Position numbers and translations under genes: made by a program
Part shown: piece after piece, positions 16,137 through 26,032 of the stretch
Layout of the letters: the number at the start of each line of letters is the position of its first letter
How positions within the stretch are numbered: the stretch's first letter is position 1
Virus record (IMG/VR): IMGVR_UViG_3300026255_000014
Span: 1 to 37,708 of that record
DNA: 37,708 nt
Source of the DNA: a virus
Strand: one strand, 5' to 3'
The notes under the pieces: model-generated
Seen by the model: the letters and a program-made list of their open reading frames with translations, nothing else
Database searches by the model: none
What the model was told of the DNA's origin: nothing

Positions 16137-16577
16137 ATGGAATCAATCAATATCAAAACCGATAGCCAGCGGACTTTGTGTATCAACGATGACGAGTCCA
16201 GGTGGATTTCGTTTGATGCAGAAGACCTGAATTTCTACGGTAGGCTGAAGGTCTTATATAGTTCGCTTGGTGGAAAGCAAAAAGAGTTTGAAGTCAAAGA
16301 AGCCGAAGCACGTGCTCTTGAGGGCGAGGATGAGAACGGTGCGCCGTTGTCTGCTTTGGCTTTGATTGACATTCAGACCGAGTTTGCCAGTCATGTGACT
16401 GAAGGAATGGACGCGGTATTCGGTGAGGGCACTTGCCAACGCCTGTTTGGAAACACGTTCAATCCAGACGCTTACGGTGAACTAATCAAGGCTATTTTGA
16501 CACACATTTCAAAATACCGTGAGAAGAAACTGCAGGCTGAACTGAAAAAAAATCCAGGCAAAAAGGTAATGAAATAA
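16137..16577 (+). CDS. Tail assembly chaperone (candidate)
   Basis: Acidic ~147-aa protein immediately upstream of the tape measure gene. Confidence 0.45.
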   Translation: MESINIKTDSQRTLCINDDESRWISFDAEDLNFYGRLKVLYSSLGGKQKEFEVKEAEARALEGEDENGAPLSALALIDIQTEFASHVTEGMDAVFGEGTCQRLFGNTFNPDAYGELIKAILTHISKYREKKLQAELKKNPGKKVMK

Positions 16578-16578
16578 G

Positions 16579-17196
16579 TTGAAGAACTTTCTGATCGAGC
16601 AGTTTCCTGATGCAATCGAGATTGACGGTGAAGTATATGCCGTCAATACTGATTTTCGTGTCGGGTTACAGATTATGGCTGACTTTGAGAATCCTGAGTT
16701 TGACCAGGATGAGAAGGGCTATCTAATGCTCAATCGGCTTTATCGTGATTTGCCAGATGACAGGGACGGCGAGTTTTATCAGGAAGCGTTATCAAAGGCG
16801 ACTAAATTTCTGAACGCTGGCGATGAGGCAGGACAAGACGTTGACGGCAAACCACGGCTTTACTCGTTTGACAAAGACGCACGGTTGATCTATTCTGCTT
16901 TCTCACAGACTCACGGTGTAGACCTGCAAACAGCCGATATGCACTGGTGGAGGTTTATCGCTCTCTTCATGGATTTGGGGGCAGATACGGCTTTCAATTC
17001 TATGGTCAACCTACGGAAACGTTATCACGAAGGCAAGTTGACCGATGAAGAAAAGAAATTGGTAGCGCGGTTAGGCAATGATTTTCTACTTGAGCAGGAA
17101 GAAAGTTATGAGCCGCTTGACCCTGATGAAATTGCATTTATTGAACTTTTACCAGAAGAAGACCAAAAGAGGTTTTGGGAAAGCAGGAAACGCTAA
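16579..17196 (+). CDS. Tail assembly protein (Gp15-like, candidate)
   Basis: TTG start; N-terminal pattern recalled from the Gp15 family; stop overlaps the TMP start (TAATG). Confidence 0.4.
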   Translation: MKNFLIEQFPDAIEIDGEVYAVNTDFRVGLQIMADFENPEFDQDEKGYLMLNRLYRDLPDDRDGEFYQEALSKATKFLNAGDEAGQDVDGKPRLYSFDKDARLIYSAFSQTHGVDLQTADMHWWRFIALFMDLGADTAFNSMVNLRKRYHEGKLTDEEKKLVARLGNDFLLEQEESYEPLDPDEIAFIELLPEEDQKRFWESRKR

Positions 17197-19901
17197 TGGC
17201 GTATGATGGCAGTATACGGATTAATACAAAAATTGACGGCAAGGGCTTCAACACTGGCATAAAGAGAATGATGTCCAGCCTGGGAAGCCTGACCGCTGCG
17301 ATTGGTGTTGCTTTAAGCGTGGCGGGTCTGGTCAACTTTGGCAAGAAAAGCGTAGAAACTGCTATGCAAATGGAAGCAGGTTGGCAAGGCTTGAGTTATA
17401 TGGCAAGAGCCTACGGCAAAGACATCAACCAAATCTCAGAGTTTTTGCAGGACTACACAAAAGACGGTTTAGTGCCAATGATGAACGCACAGCAAGCCTA
17501 TAAGAACATGCTTGCCCGTGGGTACGACACAGAACAGCTTGAAAAGATGCTGCTGATTATGAAAGACAGCGCAGTTTATCTTCGCAAAGGGCAGTTGAGC
17601 ATCGGCGATGCAATCGAGAAAACCACAATGGGCTTGCGGACAGAGCGATCTATCCTGACCGACTCCTCTGGTATCGAAAAGAACATGTATAAAATGTGGC
17701 AAGCCTACGCAAAGGAAATGGGAACAACCATTTCGGCTTTGACGGAAGAGCAGAAACTTATCGCCGAGTTCCAGGGTTTCATGGAAGAGGGCGCGGTTTA
17801 TGCTGGGGCTGCCGCTGAGTACACCCAAACTTACGCTGGTCGAGTGGCGCAATTAACCGCAGCAATGGTCGGTTTGAAGGTGTCCGTGGGTAACATGCTC
17901 ATCCCATTGCTGAATGCGATGCTGCCGAAAATTATTGAGATAGTACATTGGTTTACCCGCCTTTTCAACATCGTTGGGCGCGTGTTGAACTTATTATTTG
18001 GCACAAACGTTGGGGCAATAGACGCTATAGCTGAAGGGACTGAAGATGCCGCAGATGCACAGGACGCGTTGGCTGATGCGACTGGCGAGGCGGGCAAGGC
18101 GGCTAAAGGTGCATTGGCTGCGTTTGACAAGTTGAATGTACTGGCACAACCAAAAGCAGCGAGCGGTGCTGGTGACACAGACTTAGGCTTGCCAGAAGAA
18201 GAGGAAGACGGTGGTGCGCTTGGCAAGATTGGGAAAGCACTTGATGAGTTAGAGATAAAGATTGCGGCTTTCAAACAGAACTTGCTTGCTTTCTTCGCAC
18301 CATTACAAGAGCCGTTTAATCGCTTGAAAGAGGCTTTTCTGACCTTAGGCGCGACCATCGGTACTGGCTTAGGCTGGGCGTGGGAAAACATCTTGCAGCC
18401 ATTTTTCACCTGGATAGTCCAAAGCGTTGCTCCCGTTGCTCTTGACATTATTTCTGGAGCACTTGGTGTCCTAAACGAGATTTTGATTGCAGTTTCTCCG
18501 TTGTTTGTCGCTCTGTGGGAGAACGTACTGAAGCCGTTAGGGGAGTGGGCTGGCGAGGCGTTTATCCAAGCCCTGACTTGGATTTCAGAAAAACTTACGG
18601 AGCTAAGCGATTGGATCAGCACTCACCAGGAGACAGTTCAGACAATTGCAACCATCTTAGGAAGTTTCGCCGCAGCATGGATTCTCGTGAACGGCGCGAT
18701 TGGTATTTGGAGTGGAATAGCTGCTATAGCCACGAGCGTAACAACTGCGTTTGCTGGTGCGGTTGCGTTTCTGACATCGCCAATAGGGTTGGTGGTTTTG
18801 GCAATTGGGGCGGTAATTGCAATTGGTGTGTTACTGATCCAGCATTGGGACGACGTAAAAGCCTGGGCGATTAGCACCTGGGAAAAGATCAAAGAAGTTT
18901 GGGGTGTAGTCGCAGGCTGGTTTAACGAGAAGGTAGTTGAGCCACTAAAGGCGTTCTTTGCTCCAATAGCTGAATGGTTTTCAACCAACGTTACTGATCC
19001 ACTGAAAGAGAAGTTTGCAAACCTTGTCGAGAAGTGGACTGAACTCAAAGACGTGATCAAAGAGAAGATCATTGACCCTGTAGTAAAATTCTTTGAGGAA
19101 ACCCTTAAGCCGCTGATTGCAGCCGTCCTGGACTTTCTGAAGGATTACTTTGCTGAAGTTTGGGAGGGCATAAAAGATGTCATATCTACAGTGATTGGTG
19201 CAATCGGTTTGATTTTCGAGACACAGCTTGAGTTTTGGAAAGGCATTTTTTCAGGTGTCTTCGAGGCTATCGGTGGAATTATCAAAGGTGCGTTGGAGGT
19301 TATTACTGCGGTAATAGGGACGATCATTGACGTAATCGCTGGGATTATCACCTTCCTGACTGGTGTGTTTACTGGCGATTGGGACAAAGCCTGGCAGGGT
19401 ATCAAAGACATCGTGATTGGCATTTGGGACGGGATTGTTGGTGTAATCAAGGGCGCAATCAATGGGATCATCGGGTTTATCAACGGGATGATCAATGGCA
19501 TTGTATCTGGAATCAACAACGTAATCGGCGTGCTCAATAATCTGAATATTGAAATCCCCGATTGGATTCCATTTTGGGGCGGAAAGACTTTTGGCTTCAA
19601 CCTACAAGCCCTTACTGCCCCGCAAATTCCTTTACTTGCCACTGGCGCAGTTATCCCCGCCAATGCGCCGTTCGCGGCAATCCTGGGCGACCAGAAGTCT
19701 GGTACGAATGTCGAAGCACCGCTGAAAACCATTGAGCAAGCTGTGGACAATGTGCTGGCACGGCGGGGGCTTAATACTGGTACAGACAATGGGTTGATCC
19801 ACAACGTTATCAAATTGGACGGGCAAGTCTTATATGATGCGTTTAAGAAAATTGACAAGCGCGTTGGCAGAAGCATGATTGCAGGGAGCGGTATACGATG
19901 A
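17196..19901 (+). CDS. Tail tape measure protein
   Basis: ~900 aa, alpha-helical N-terminal part, Gly/Ala/Ile-rich hydrophobic C-terminal region, position after chaperones. Confidence 0.85.
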   Translation: MAYDGSIRINTKIDGKGFNTGIKRMMSSLGSLTAAIGVALSVAGLVNFGKKSVETAMQMEAGWQGLSYMARAYGKDINQISEFLQDYTKDGLVPMMNAQQAYKNMLARGYDTEQLEKMLLIMKDSAVYLRKGQLSIGDAIEKTTMGLRTERSILTDSSGIEKNMYKMWQAYAKEMGTTISALTEEQKLIAEFQGFMEEGAVYAGAAAEYTQTYAGRVAQLTAAMVGLKVSVGNMLIPLLNAMLPKIIEIVHWFTRLFNIVGRVLNLLFGTNVGAIDAIAEGTEDAADAQDALADATGEAGKAAKGALAAFDKLNVLAQPKAASGAGDTDLGLPEEEEDGGALGKIGKALDELEIKIAAFKQNLLAFFAPLQEPFNRLKEAFLTLGATIGTGLGWAWENILQPFFTWIVQSVAPVALDIISGALGVLNEILIAVSPLFVALWENVLKPLGEWAGEAFIQALTWISEKLTELSDWISTHQETVQTIATILGSFAAAWILVNGAIGIWSGIAAIATSVTTAFAGAVAFLTSPIGLVVLAIGAVIAIGVLLIQHWDDVKAWAISTWEKIKEVWGVVAGWFNEKVVEPLKAFFAPIAEWFSTNVTDPLKEKFANLVEKWTELKDVIKEKIIDPVVKFFEETLKPLIAAVLDFLKDYFAEVWEGIKDVISTVIGAIGLIFETQLEFWKGIFSGVFEAIGGIIKGALEVITAVIGTIIDVIAGIITFLTGVFTGDWDKAWQGIKDIVIGIWDGIVGVIKGAINGIIGFINGMINGIVSGINNVIGVLNNLNIEIPDWIPFWGGKTFGFNLQALTAPQIPLLATGAVIPANAPFAAILGDQKSGTNVEAPLKTIEQAVDNVLARRGLNTGTDNGLIHNVIKLDGQVLYDAFKKIDKRVGRSMIAGSGIR

Positions 19902-20266
19902 TAGTGATTGACGGCACTTCTTACGACATCCCAATCAAGTCCATTCAAGGTAAAGCGGATATGCTGGACAAATATGCCGAAAGAACTTTGGACGGCGTAC
20001 TCCATCGTGAGTTGATTGGTGTATACGACAACTATGAAATCGAGTTTGCGGCAACCTATCGGAATCCAACAGTTTATTCTGACCTTTGGTTTAAGTTGAC
20101 TGAGCCAGTGCCCTGGCACACCGTTACATTTCCTACTGTCTTTGGTGACCGTGCGATTGTTGGTTATTTTGCCAATACTTCACACGATATTTCAAAACAA
20201 AAAGATGGGACAACATACTGGAAAAATCTGACAACTTCTTTTGTTTCCCGTGAGAAGAGACCATAG
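19898..20266 (+). CDS. Hypothetical tail protein
   Basis: Position after the tape measure gene. Confidence 0.4.
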   Translation: MIVIDGTSYDIPIKSIQGKADMLDKYAERTLDGVLHRELIGVYDNYEIEFAATYRNPTVYSDLWFKLTEPVPWHTVTFPTVFGDRAIVGYFANTSHDISKQKDGTTYWKNLTTSFVSREKRP

Positions 20267-20268
20267 CA

Positions 20269-21849
20269 ATGTCTTATACCTACCCGATTGTCACTCTTAG
20301 CATTATGAATGATACCATCGTGTTTCAAGACACCGATGTAATTGAGGCAGAAGTCACGCAGGAAATCCATCCGATTGGGATTGAAGTTCCTGCTTCAAAA
20401 GCAACGATTAGAGTATGGCTTGATGATGAAATTGTGGATGAAGAGGGTAGAACGCTAAGGGATAAGTTTAGACCTTTTTCAGACGGGATTTATTACCAAT
20501 CCATGACCACAGGCTTGATAGTGGATGTCAGTGAGCGGATAGTCGATGAAGACAACTCAATTGACACAGAGCATTTTGTTGGTCGGTTTTATCTCGAAGG
20601 GTGGAATACCACAAAAGAAGGTGAACTCGAACTCGATTGCACTGATGCCGTTGGTCTTTTGGAAAACACAACTTATTTAGGGAATTTCTATGAGACACCG
20701 ACACGCGCTGACGTAATTCTTGCAGATATTTTTAATAATGTTGACTTGCTTTATTCTGTGGAAACAGGTATCGCACAAAAATATTTGAAAGGCTACATCC
20801 CTGGGGACATCACTTTACGTGAGGCTTTGCAGCAAGTGCTGTTTGCTTGTGGGGCTTTTGCTATAACAGAAAAGAACGAAATTGATATTGTATTTCTCAA
20901 TATCAAAAGTGGAAGACTGCCGATTGCCAATCCCGTTTACCCTGGCTACTACTATGAAGAAGAAGGCGAAACAGAGCCTGTTTCGACATATGATGGTGAT
21001 GCCTGGTATACCAATGTTCTTCTGGACACAATTGTCACAAATGAAGAAAAGACTGATTCGCAGGAGCTCAATATTTTGCAGTTAGTCACTGGTGTCGAAA
21101 TCACAAGTCACGACTATTCAAAAAGCGAAACACTTGAAGAGATATACAACGCTTATCTTGCCCCAGGCGAATATATGGTTGTTTACGATAAACCGTACTG
21201 GCATGTCGAAGCGTCTGGTGTTGGTGACAGAATTACTTATCTTGGCACAACAACACCAACAAATGATGACGGACAAGATGAAGTTCTTGTTTTCCCTTAT
21301 TCTGGCGCAACATATCCTGATGTGACGATTCTTACAACTTATGGCGAATTTGAGTTTGGCGTAAATTATGTCTATCTATATGTGCCAGAGCCAGGCGGAA
21401 CGGCAGTGGTTAGTGGCAAACCCTGGTTGGATGCAAAACAAAATTTCATCTGGGTGAATCCAGCTGGAATAACATCGTATGAAGAGGGTGCGGTTTATGA
21501 TGACCCACTTGCCTTATATAATGATGCGGTCTATTACCGTGACTGGAACACCTATGCCCCACCAAATGTTTGGAAAATTACCAATGCTACACTTGTGCCT
21601 TTTAATAAATCTGATGCTGAGGTGACTGTAGAAGAAGTCTTGGCGAGAGTCGCAGAATACGCAAGTTTGCGCTATCAGCAAAAGGCTAATTTGTTTCCAC
21701 GGACAGACCTTGAGTTAGGCGAGATTGACATTATCGAATCGCTTTATGGCAAAAGCGTGGTAGGCGTTGTGGAGCGTATAAATAGCGATTTAACTGGCGG
21801 CTACCTGATTGATGCTGAGTTTATTGGAGTCGAAAGGGTGACGGTATAG
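20269..21849 (+). CDS. Tail/baseplate protein (candidate)
   Basis: 526 aa, position in tail tip module. Confidence 0.45.
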   Translation: MSYTYPIVTLSIMNDTIVFQDTDVIEAEVTQEIHPIGIEVPASKATIRVWLDDEIVDEEGRTLRDKFRPFSDGIYYQSMTTGLIVDVSERIVDEDNSIDTEHFVGRFYLEGWNTTKEGELELDCTDAVGLLENTTYLGNFYETPTRADVILADIFNNVDLLYSVETGIAQKYLKGYIPGDITLREALQQVLFACGAFAITEKNEIDIVFLNIKSGRLPIANPVYPGYYYEEEGETEPVSTYDGDAWYTNVLLDTIVTNEEKTDSQELNILQLVTGVEITSHDYSKSETLEEIYNAYLAPGEYMVVYDKPYWHVEASGVGDRITYLGTTTPTNDDGQDEVLVFPYSGATYPDVTILTTYGEFEFGVNYVYLYVPEPGGTAVVSGKPWLDAKQNFIWVNPAGITSYEEGAVYDDPLALYNDAVYYRDWNTYAPPNVWKITNATLVPFNKSDAEVTVEEVLARVAEYASLRYQQKANLFPRTDLELGEIDIIESLYGKSVVGVVERINSDLTGGYLIDAEFIGVERVTV

Positions 21850-21864
21850 AAGGAGTGAAAATTT

Positions 21865-22920
21865 ATGGCTGAGCCTTTAACTAAGAAAATTAATGATTTA
21901 CCCGAAATGGGTGTCGTAGCAGCGTCTAACGACAAATTGCTGATGCTTGATGTGAGCGAGAGTGCTGTTAACATGACAAAGTTAGTGCCGATGAATTTGC
22001 TTTCAATTCACACGGCATCGCAACTTGCCGCAAATACGGTGGGCAGTTCTCAGATAAAAGCAGGCGCAGTAACAAACAGCAAACTTGGCGCAGACGCTGT
22101 TAATGGGGCTAAGATTGCAGATGACGCAATTGGCAATGAGCACATTAGAGACTCCGTAGCTTTGTCGGTTATCGGGCGTTCTTCCAGTACCAGCGGTAAC
22201 CCCGCTGACATCGTTGCAGGTACAAACGGTCACGTGCTCAGACGATCTGGTACAACACTTGGTTTCGGCCAAGTTGCCAATGCTGGAATTGCTAACGGTG
22301 CAGTAACAAACAGCAAACTTGGCGCAGACGCTGTTGATGGGGCTAAGATTGCAGATAACGCAATTGGCAATGAGCACATTAGAGACTCTGCTGCATTATC
22401 TGTAATTGGGCGTTCTGCGAATAGCAGCGGTAACCCCGCTGACATTGCAGCTACTACCGATGGTTATGTCCTGAGACGATCAGGAACAACTTTGGGATTT
22501 GGTCAGGTTGTTACTGCTGGAATTGCGAATAATGCTGTTACCGAAGAGAAGTTAGGCACGATTAAGCGCACCCTCTTTCTTCGGGTGACCGCGCCAGACG
22601 ACACATTAACAGTGGGAAGCACCACCAAATTCTTCCCGTTCCCGATTACCCTAAACAACTTTATCGTTGTCGACGCAAGAATCAATCTCATTACGGCATC
22701 GTCAAGTGGAACGGTCACAGTCGCTTTGTTAAATCAAGGCGGCACAATGACGACCTTATCACTTGCTGCTGGAGCAACGGGCATGAGCGCAAGCGGAACA
22801 ATCTCAACATCGTACCGCACTGCGATAACGAATAACTTTCTCGGTGTGAACGCAACCGCCGCTGGAACAGGGGCTAAAGGGCTTAGCATAACACTCGTTT
22901 TGCAAGGAGTGCCTGCATGA
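21865..22920 (+). CDS. Tail fiber protein with two tandem ~80-aa repeats
   Basis: Internal duplication AVTNSKLGADAV.GAKIAD.AIGNEHIRDS.ALSVIGRS...SGNPADI......G.VLRRSGTTLGFGQV, roughly nt 22060..22540. Confidence 0.6.
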   Translation: MAEPLTKKINDLPEMGVVAASNDKLLMLDVSESAVNMTKLVPMNLLSIHTASQLAANTVGSSQIKAGAVTNSKLGADAVNGAKIADDAIGNEHIRDSVALSVIGRSSSTSGNPADIVAGTNGHVLRRSGTTLGFGQVANAGIANGAVTNSKLGADAVDGAKIADNAIGNEHIRDSAALSVIGRSANSSGNPADIAATTDGYVLRRSGTTLGFGQVVTAGIANNAVTEEKLGTIKRTLFLRVTAPDDTLTVGSTTKFFPFPITLNNFIVVDARINLITASSSGTVTVALLNQGGTMTTLSLAAGATGMSASGTISTSYRTAITNNFLGVNATAAGTGAKGLSITLVLQGVPA

Positions 22921-23486
22921 TAAAAACCTTGACGTTGCCAATGGTTTGGAATAGATACGGCTCAAGCTACGGCTCAGCGGCTGACGAAATCCGTTTGGGT
23001 TGGCGGGAGTTCAATTTTATCAACTACAAATACAACTCCTGGGCGAAGTTCAATGTTTCAGAAGTGCTTGCGCTGAATCTGCAGGCAAGATACATTGTCT
23101 CAGCAAAGATTGTCATGTTCCTGAGTGGCACCGATTACGATGTCAGTTGTAAGGTCTATAACACCCTCAAGCCCGCCACGAGTGGGGCAAACTGGAACAC
23201 CTACAACGGCACTAACTCATGGACAGTGCCTGGCGGAGAAGGCAGCGGAACAGACCACGGCTCAGAGTTAGCTAATGCCAGCAATTTTGGTCAAACAACG
23301 GTTGAAATCCCCTTATCTGGTGCGGCTCTGATGGAAGCCGTTGTAACTTCAAACGGGATATTCTCGTTTATTACAACCAGCCCTCAAGGAACAAACGATT
23401 ATATTGTCGCATATTCAACAACGTACCCGCCCTATTTATCGGTAACTTATAACAAACCATCTATGTTCGACGTAATAATATTTTAG
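22917..23486 (+). CDS. Hypothetical tail-associated protein
   Basis: Position only. Confidence 0.4.
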   Translation: MIKTLTLPMVWNRYGSSYGSAADEIRLGWREFNFINYKYNSWAKFNVSEVLALNLQARYIVSAKIVMFLSGTDYDVSCKVYNTLKPATSGANWNTYNGTNSWTVPGGEGSGTDHGSELANASNFGQTTVEIPLSGAALMEAVVTSNGIFSFITTSPQGTNDYIVAYSTTYPPYLSVTYNKPSMFDVIIF

Positions 23487-23504
23487 ATAGAGAGGATAAT
23501 AAAC

Positions 23505-24014
23505 ATGGCAGCATCATACCCAGGAACGATAAAACCATTTTCAACGAAAGAACCCGGTCAAGCAATCGCCTCCAGCCACATTAACGAATTGCAGGACGAA
23601 GTGGTCGCCATCGAAACCCAACTCGGCACGAACGCAGGAATATGGCAATCTTATACGCCTACCACAGTAATAGGATGGGAGGCAGGCTATACCGTAGATT
23701 ATAGATATGCCGTAATAGGCGATTTATGCTTCATAGCCCTGTCTATATCAGGAACAAGCAACAACAATCAAGCACGAGTCAGTACACCAGTACCAGTAGG
23801 GGGAACTGGCTATTTATATACACCAGTAGCACTATATAAGGATAATGACGTAATGGTTTACGCTGGCGGCAGAGTTTTTGGTCAGATAAGACCGCACACC
23901 GTATCTGAACCAGATATGGTATTTTTCTGGATTGACGGCTCGGCTTCTAGTTGGACAGAAACTAAAGGAAAACAAATATATTTTAACGCATTTTACCCGA
24001 TTTACCGAGCATAA
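23505..24014 (+). CDS. Hypothetical protein
   Basis: Position only. Confidence 0.4.
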   Translation: MAASYPGTIKPFSTKEPGQAIASSHINELQDEVVAIETQLGTNAGIWQSYTPTTVIGWEAGYTVDYRYAVIGDLCFIALSISGTSNNNQARVSTPVPVGGTGYLYTPVALYKDNDVMVYAGGRVFGQIRPHTVSEPDMVFFWIDGSASSWTETKGKQIYFNAFYPIYRA

Positions 24015-24057
24015 AGCATGAAACCAATAATTGACATAAGCAGCCACCAGGAGGATT

Positions 24058-25470
24058 ATGACTTATCCGTTCGGCATTGACATTTCGGCTTACCAATACT
24101 CACAAGACGGCTCACGAAAGCCCGACTTCGACCTAATCAACGAAAAGTGTGACTTCGTTGCCGTGCGTGCTGGCATCAGTTGGGGGTACACCGACAAGTG
24201 GTTTGAGTATTCGTGGTCACACGTTCTCAGACCGAGGCTGGGGTATCACGTGGTTTACCCTGGCGAGAGTGCGACTGCACAAATGAAACACTTTCTCAAC
24301 ATCGTGCATCCAACTCAGAATGACCGCCTTGTGCTTGATATGGAACTCGACCACGGCTATAGCAAGGCTCGAATCACAAAAACGCTTGTGGACTGTATGA
24401 ACATTATACAGACAGAGACGGGGCGTTATCCTGTGATTTACAGCAGGGCTTATTGGATTAACCAGTTTGTAGACGTGAACGCTTTGCCAGAAAAGACCGA
24501 CTGGTGGTTAGCAAACTACCTGCGTTCTAATCCCGACCCGTATTTCACGCCAGAGATGACACCGCCGCCTATGTTGCCAAACGGTGTGAAGAATTGGCTC
24601 ATCCATCAAACGTCAAAAGAACAGGACGGCAGTAAGGTGGGCGTGGTTAGTCACTATGTGGACACTAATCGTTGGAACGGTACACACGATGAGTTGCTGG
24701 CTTACTTCGGTTACGATGAGCAACCAGAGCCTGAACCTGAACCTGAACCGGAAGAGCCTTTGTTCCAAGCACGCGTTTACAGCTGGGCGACTCCCTACGT
24801 CAACGTGAGAGCCGAACCTTCATTAAGCGCAGGGAAAGTCGGCTTCAAATACCCGTTAGCGGTGACCGATGTTATGAGCACGATGCCTGACTGGTACGAA
24901 GTGCCCGAAGGCTGGATGATGTCTCGATTCTTAGAACGGCTTGACTATGACCCGCCCGCCACGATGCTTGCAATCAAGCCGCTCTCACAAAGAGACACGC
25001 GCTGGGCTTCTCACAAACTCGGTTATTCCTATTACACGATAGGCGGTTACGGATGCCTTATCACAGCTATCAGTATGATACTGAACTGGTACGGCAAGCA
25101 GACCGACCCGGCGCAACTCAATGACGCTTTGGTTAGGGTGGGCGGTTTCACGGGTGCAAACCTTTATTGGAACGCAATCGCGCAAGTTCAGCCTGACATT
25201 TACCTTGCAAAGGCTATCGACTGCTACTATATTCCAGCACCCTTGCACGAAATAGACGCTCTGCTTGCGGATGACGTTCCCGTCTTGGTGCACGTTGACT
25301 TCACGCCGGGTGGCGCGGTAGATCAGCATTGGGTGCTGATTGTCGGCAAGTCGGGCGATGATTACATCATCAATGACCCGTGGACTGGGGAGCAAGGTAG
25401 TTTCCGCACTCGTTATGGCGATCCTGCCCGCTGGATATTCCGCATCAGGGCGTATCGGAGGCAAGCATGA
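24058..25470 (+). CDS. Modular endolysin: GH25 muramidase, (EP)n linker, C-terminal C39-like cysteine peptidase
   Basis: N-terminal FGIDISAYQ typical of GH25; linker EPEPEPEPEPEEP; C-terminal GYGCLITAISM and DQHWVLIVG suggest a papain-like Cys/His pair. Confidence 0.8.
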   Translation: MTYPFGIDISAYQYSQDGSRKPDFDLINEKCDFVAVRAGISWGYTDKWFEYSWSHVLRPRLGYHVVYPGESATAQMKHFLNIVHPTQNDRLVLDMELDHGYSKARITKTLVDCMNIIQTETGRYPVIYSRAYWINQFVDVNALPEKTDWWLANYLRSNPDPYFTPEMTPPPMLPNGVKNWLIHQTSKEQDGSKVGVVSHYVDTNRWNGTHDELLAYFGYDEQPEPEPEPEPEEPLFQARVYSWATPYVNVRAEPSLSAGKVGFKYPLAVTDVMSTMPDWYEVPEGWMMSRFLERLDYDPPATMLAIKPLSQRDTRWASHKLGYSYYTIGGYGCLITAISMILNWYGKQTDPAQLNDALVRVGGFTGANLYWNAIAQVQPDIYLAKAIDCYYIPAPLHEIDALLADDVPVLVHVDFTPGGAVDQHWVLIVGKSGDDYIINDPWTGEQGSFRTRYGDPARWIFRIRAYRRQA

Positions 25471-25513
25471 CCTTCGTGATCAATTCAAACATTCAACCTA
25501 TAGGAGATAACTA

Positions 25514-25924
25514 ATGGCAACTTACACAAAATTTCAACAATTCGTAGAAGACCTTGCAGAGAAGAAACACAATCTCGCAACCGACACACTCAAGGTCGCG
25601 TTTTCCAACGCCGCTAACGCCCCATCTGCTTCGGCTGACGTCAAGCTGGCTGACATTACCACCATTGTCGCAACCAACTTGGGCGACGTTACCCTAACCG
25701 TATCGAGCTCAAGCCAAACCGCCGGCACGTACAAGTTGGTGGTTGCAGACAAGACCCTAACCGCGGTGGGCGCAGTACCAGCGTTCCGCTATGTGATCAT
25801 CTACAACGACACCGCCGCTAACGACGAGTTAATCTGCTTCTTCGACTACGGCTCGGAAGTCACGCTCGCATCGGGCGACACGTTCAAGCTCGACTTCGGC
25901 ACAGAACTGTTTAGCTTGGCGTAA
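25514..25924 (+). CDS. Hypothetical protein (Thr/Ala-rich, beta-rich)
   Basis: ORF track; no motif recognised. Confidence 0.4.
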   Translation: MATYTKFQQFVEDLAEKKHNLATDTLKVAFSNAANAPSASADVKLADITTIVATNLGDVTLTVSSSSQTAGTYKLVVADKTLTAVGAVPAFRYVIIYNDTAANDELICFFDYGSEVTLASGDTFKLDFGTELFSLA

Positions 25925-26032
25925 TCGTGGCGAATATGATACCGCCTCGGCGTTGGGTCGGGGCGGCAAGTTGAGCGAGATGTATCCACGCGCCGTCATT
26001 CGTTACGGCTCATATAGGAAGGTAAATTAGTT

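Noticed and set aside
16545-16552. A8 run near the end of the chaperone gene as a programmed frameshift site into the next gene
   Set aside because: The downstream frame has a TGA at 16570..16572 and the -1 frame stops at 16580..16582, so neither shift gives a fused product.
17831-18622. Antisense ORF of 263 aa inside the tape measure gene (also 19145..20119 and 18638..19072)
   Set aside because: Embedded opposite a long, well-supported gene in a region of biased composition; no RBS or motif support.
25925-26032. Possible promoter or terminator between 25514..25924 and the repeat-protein gene
   Set aside because: Only weak -35/-10 matches and an imperfect GC hairpin; not convincing.
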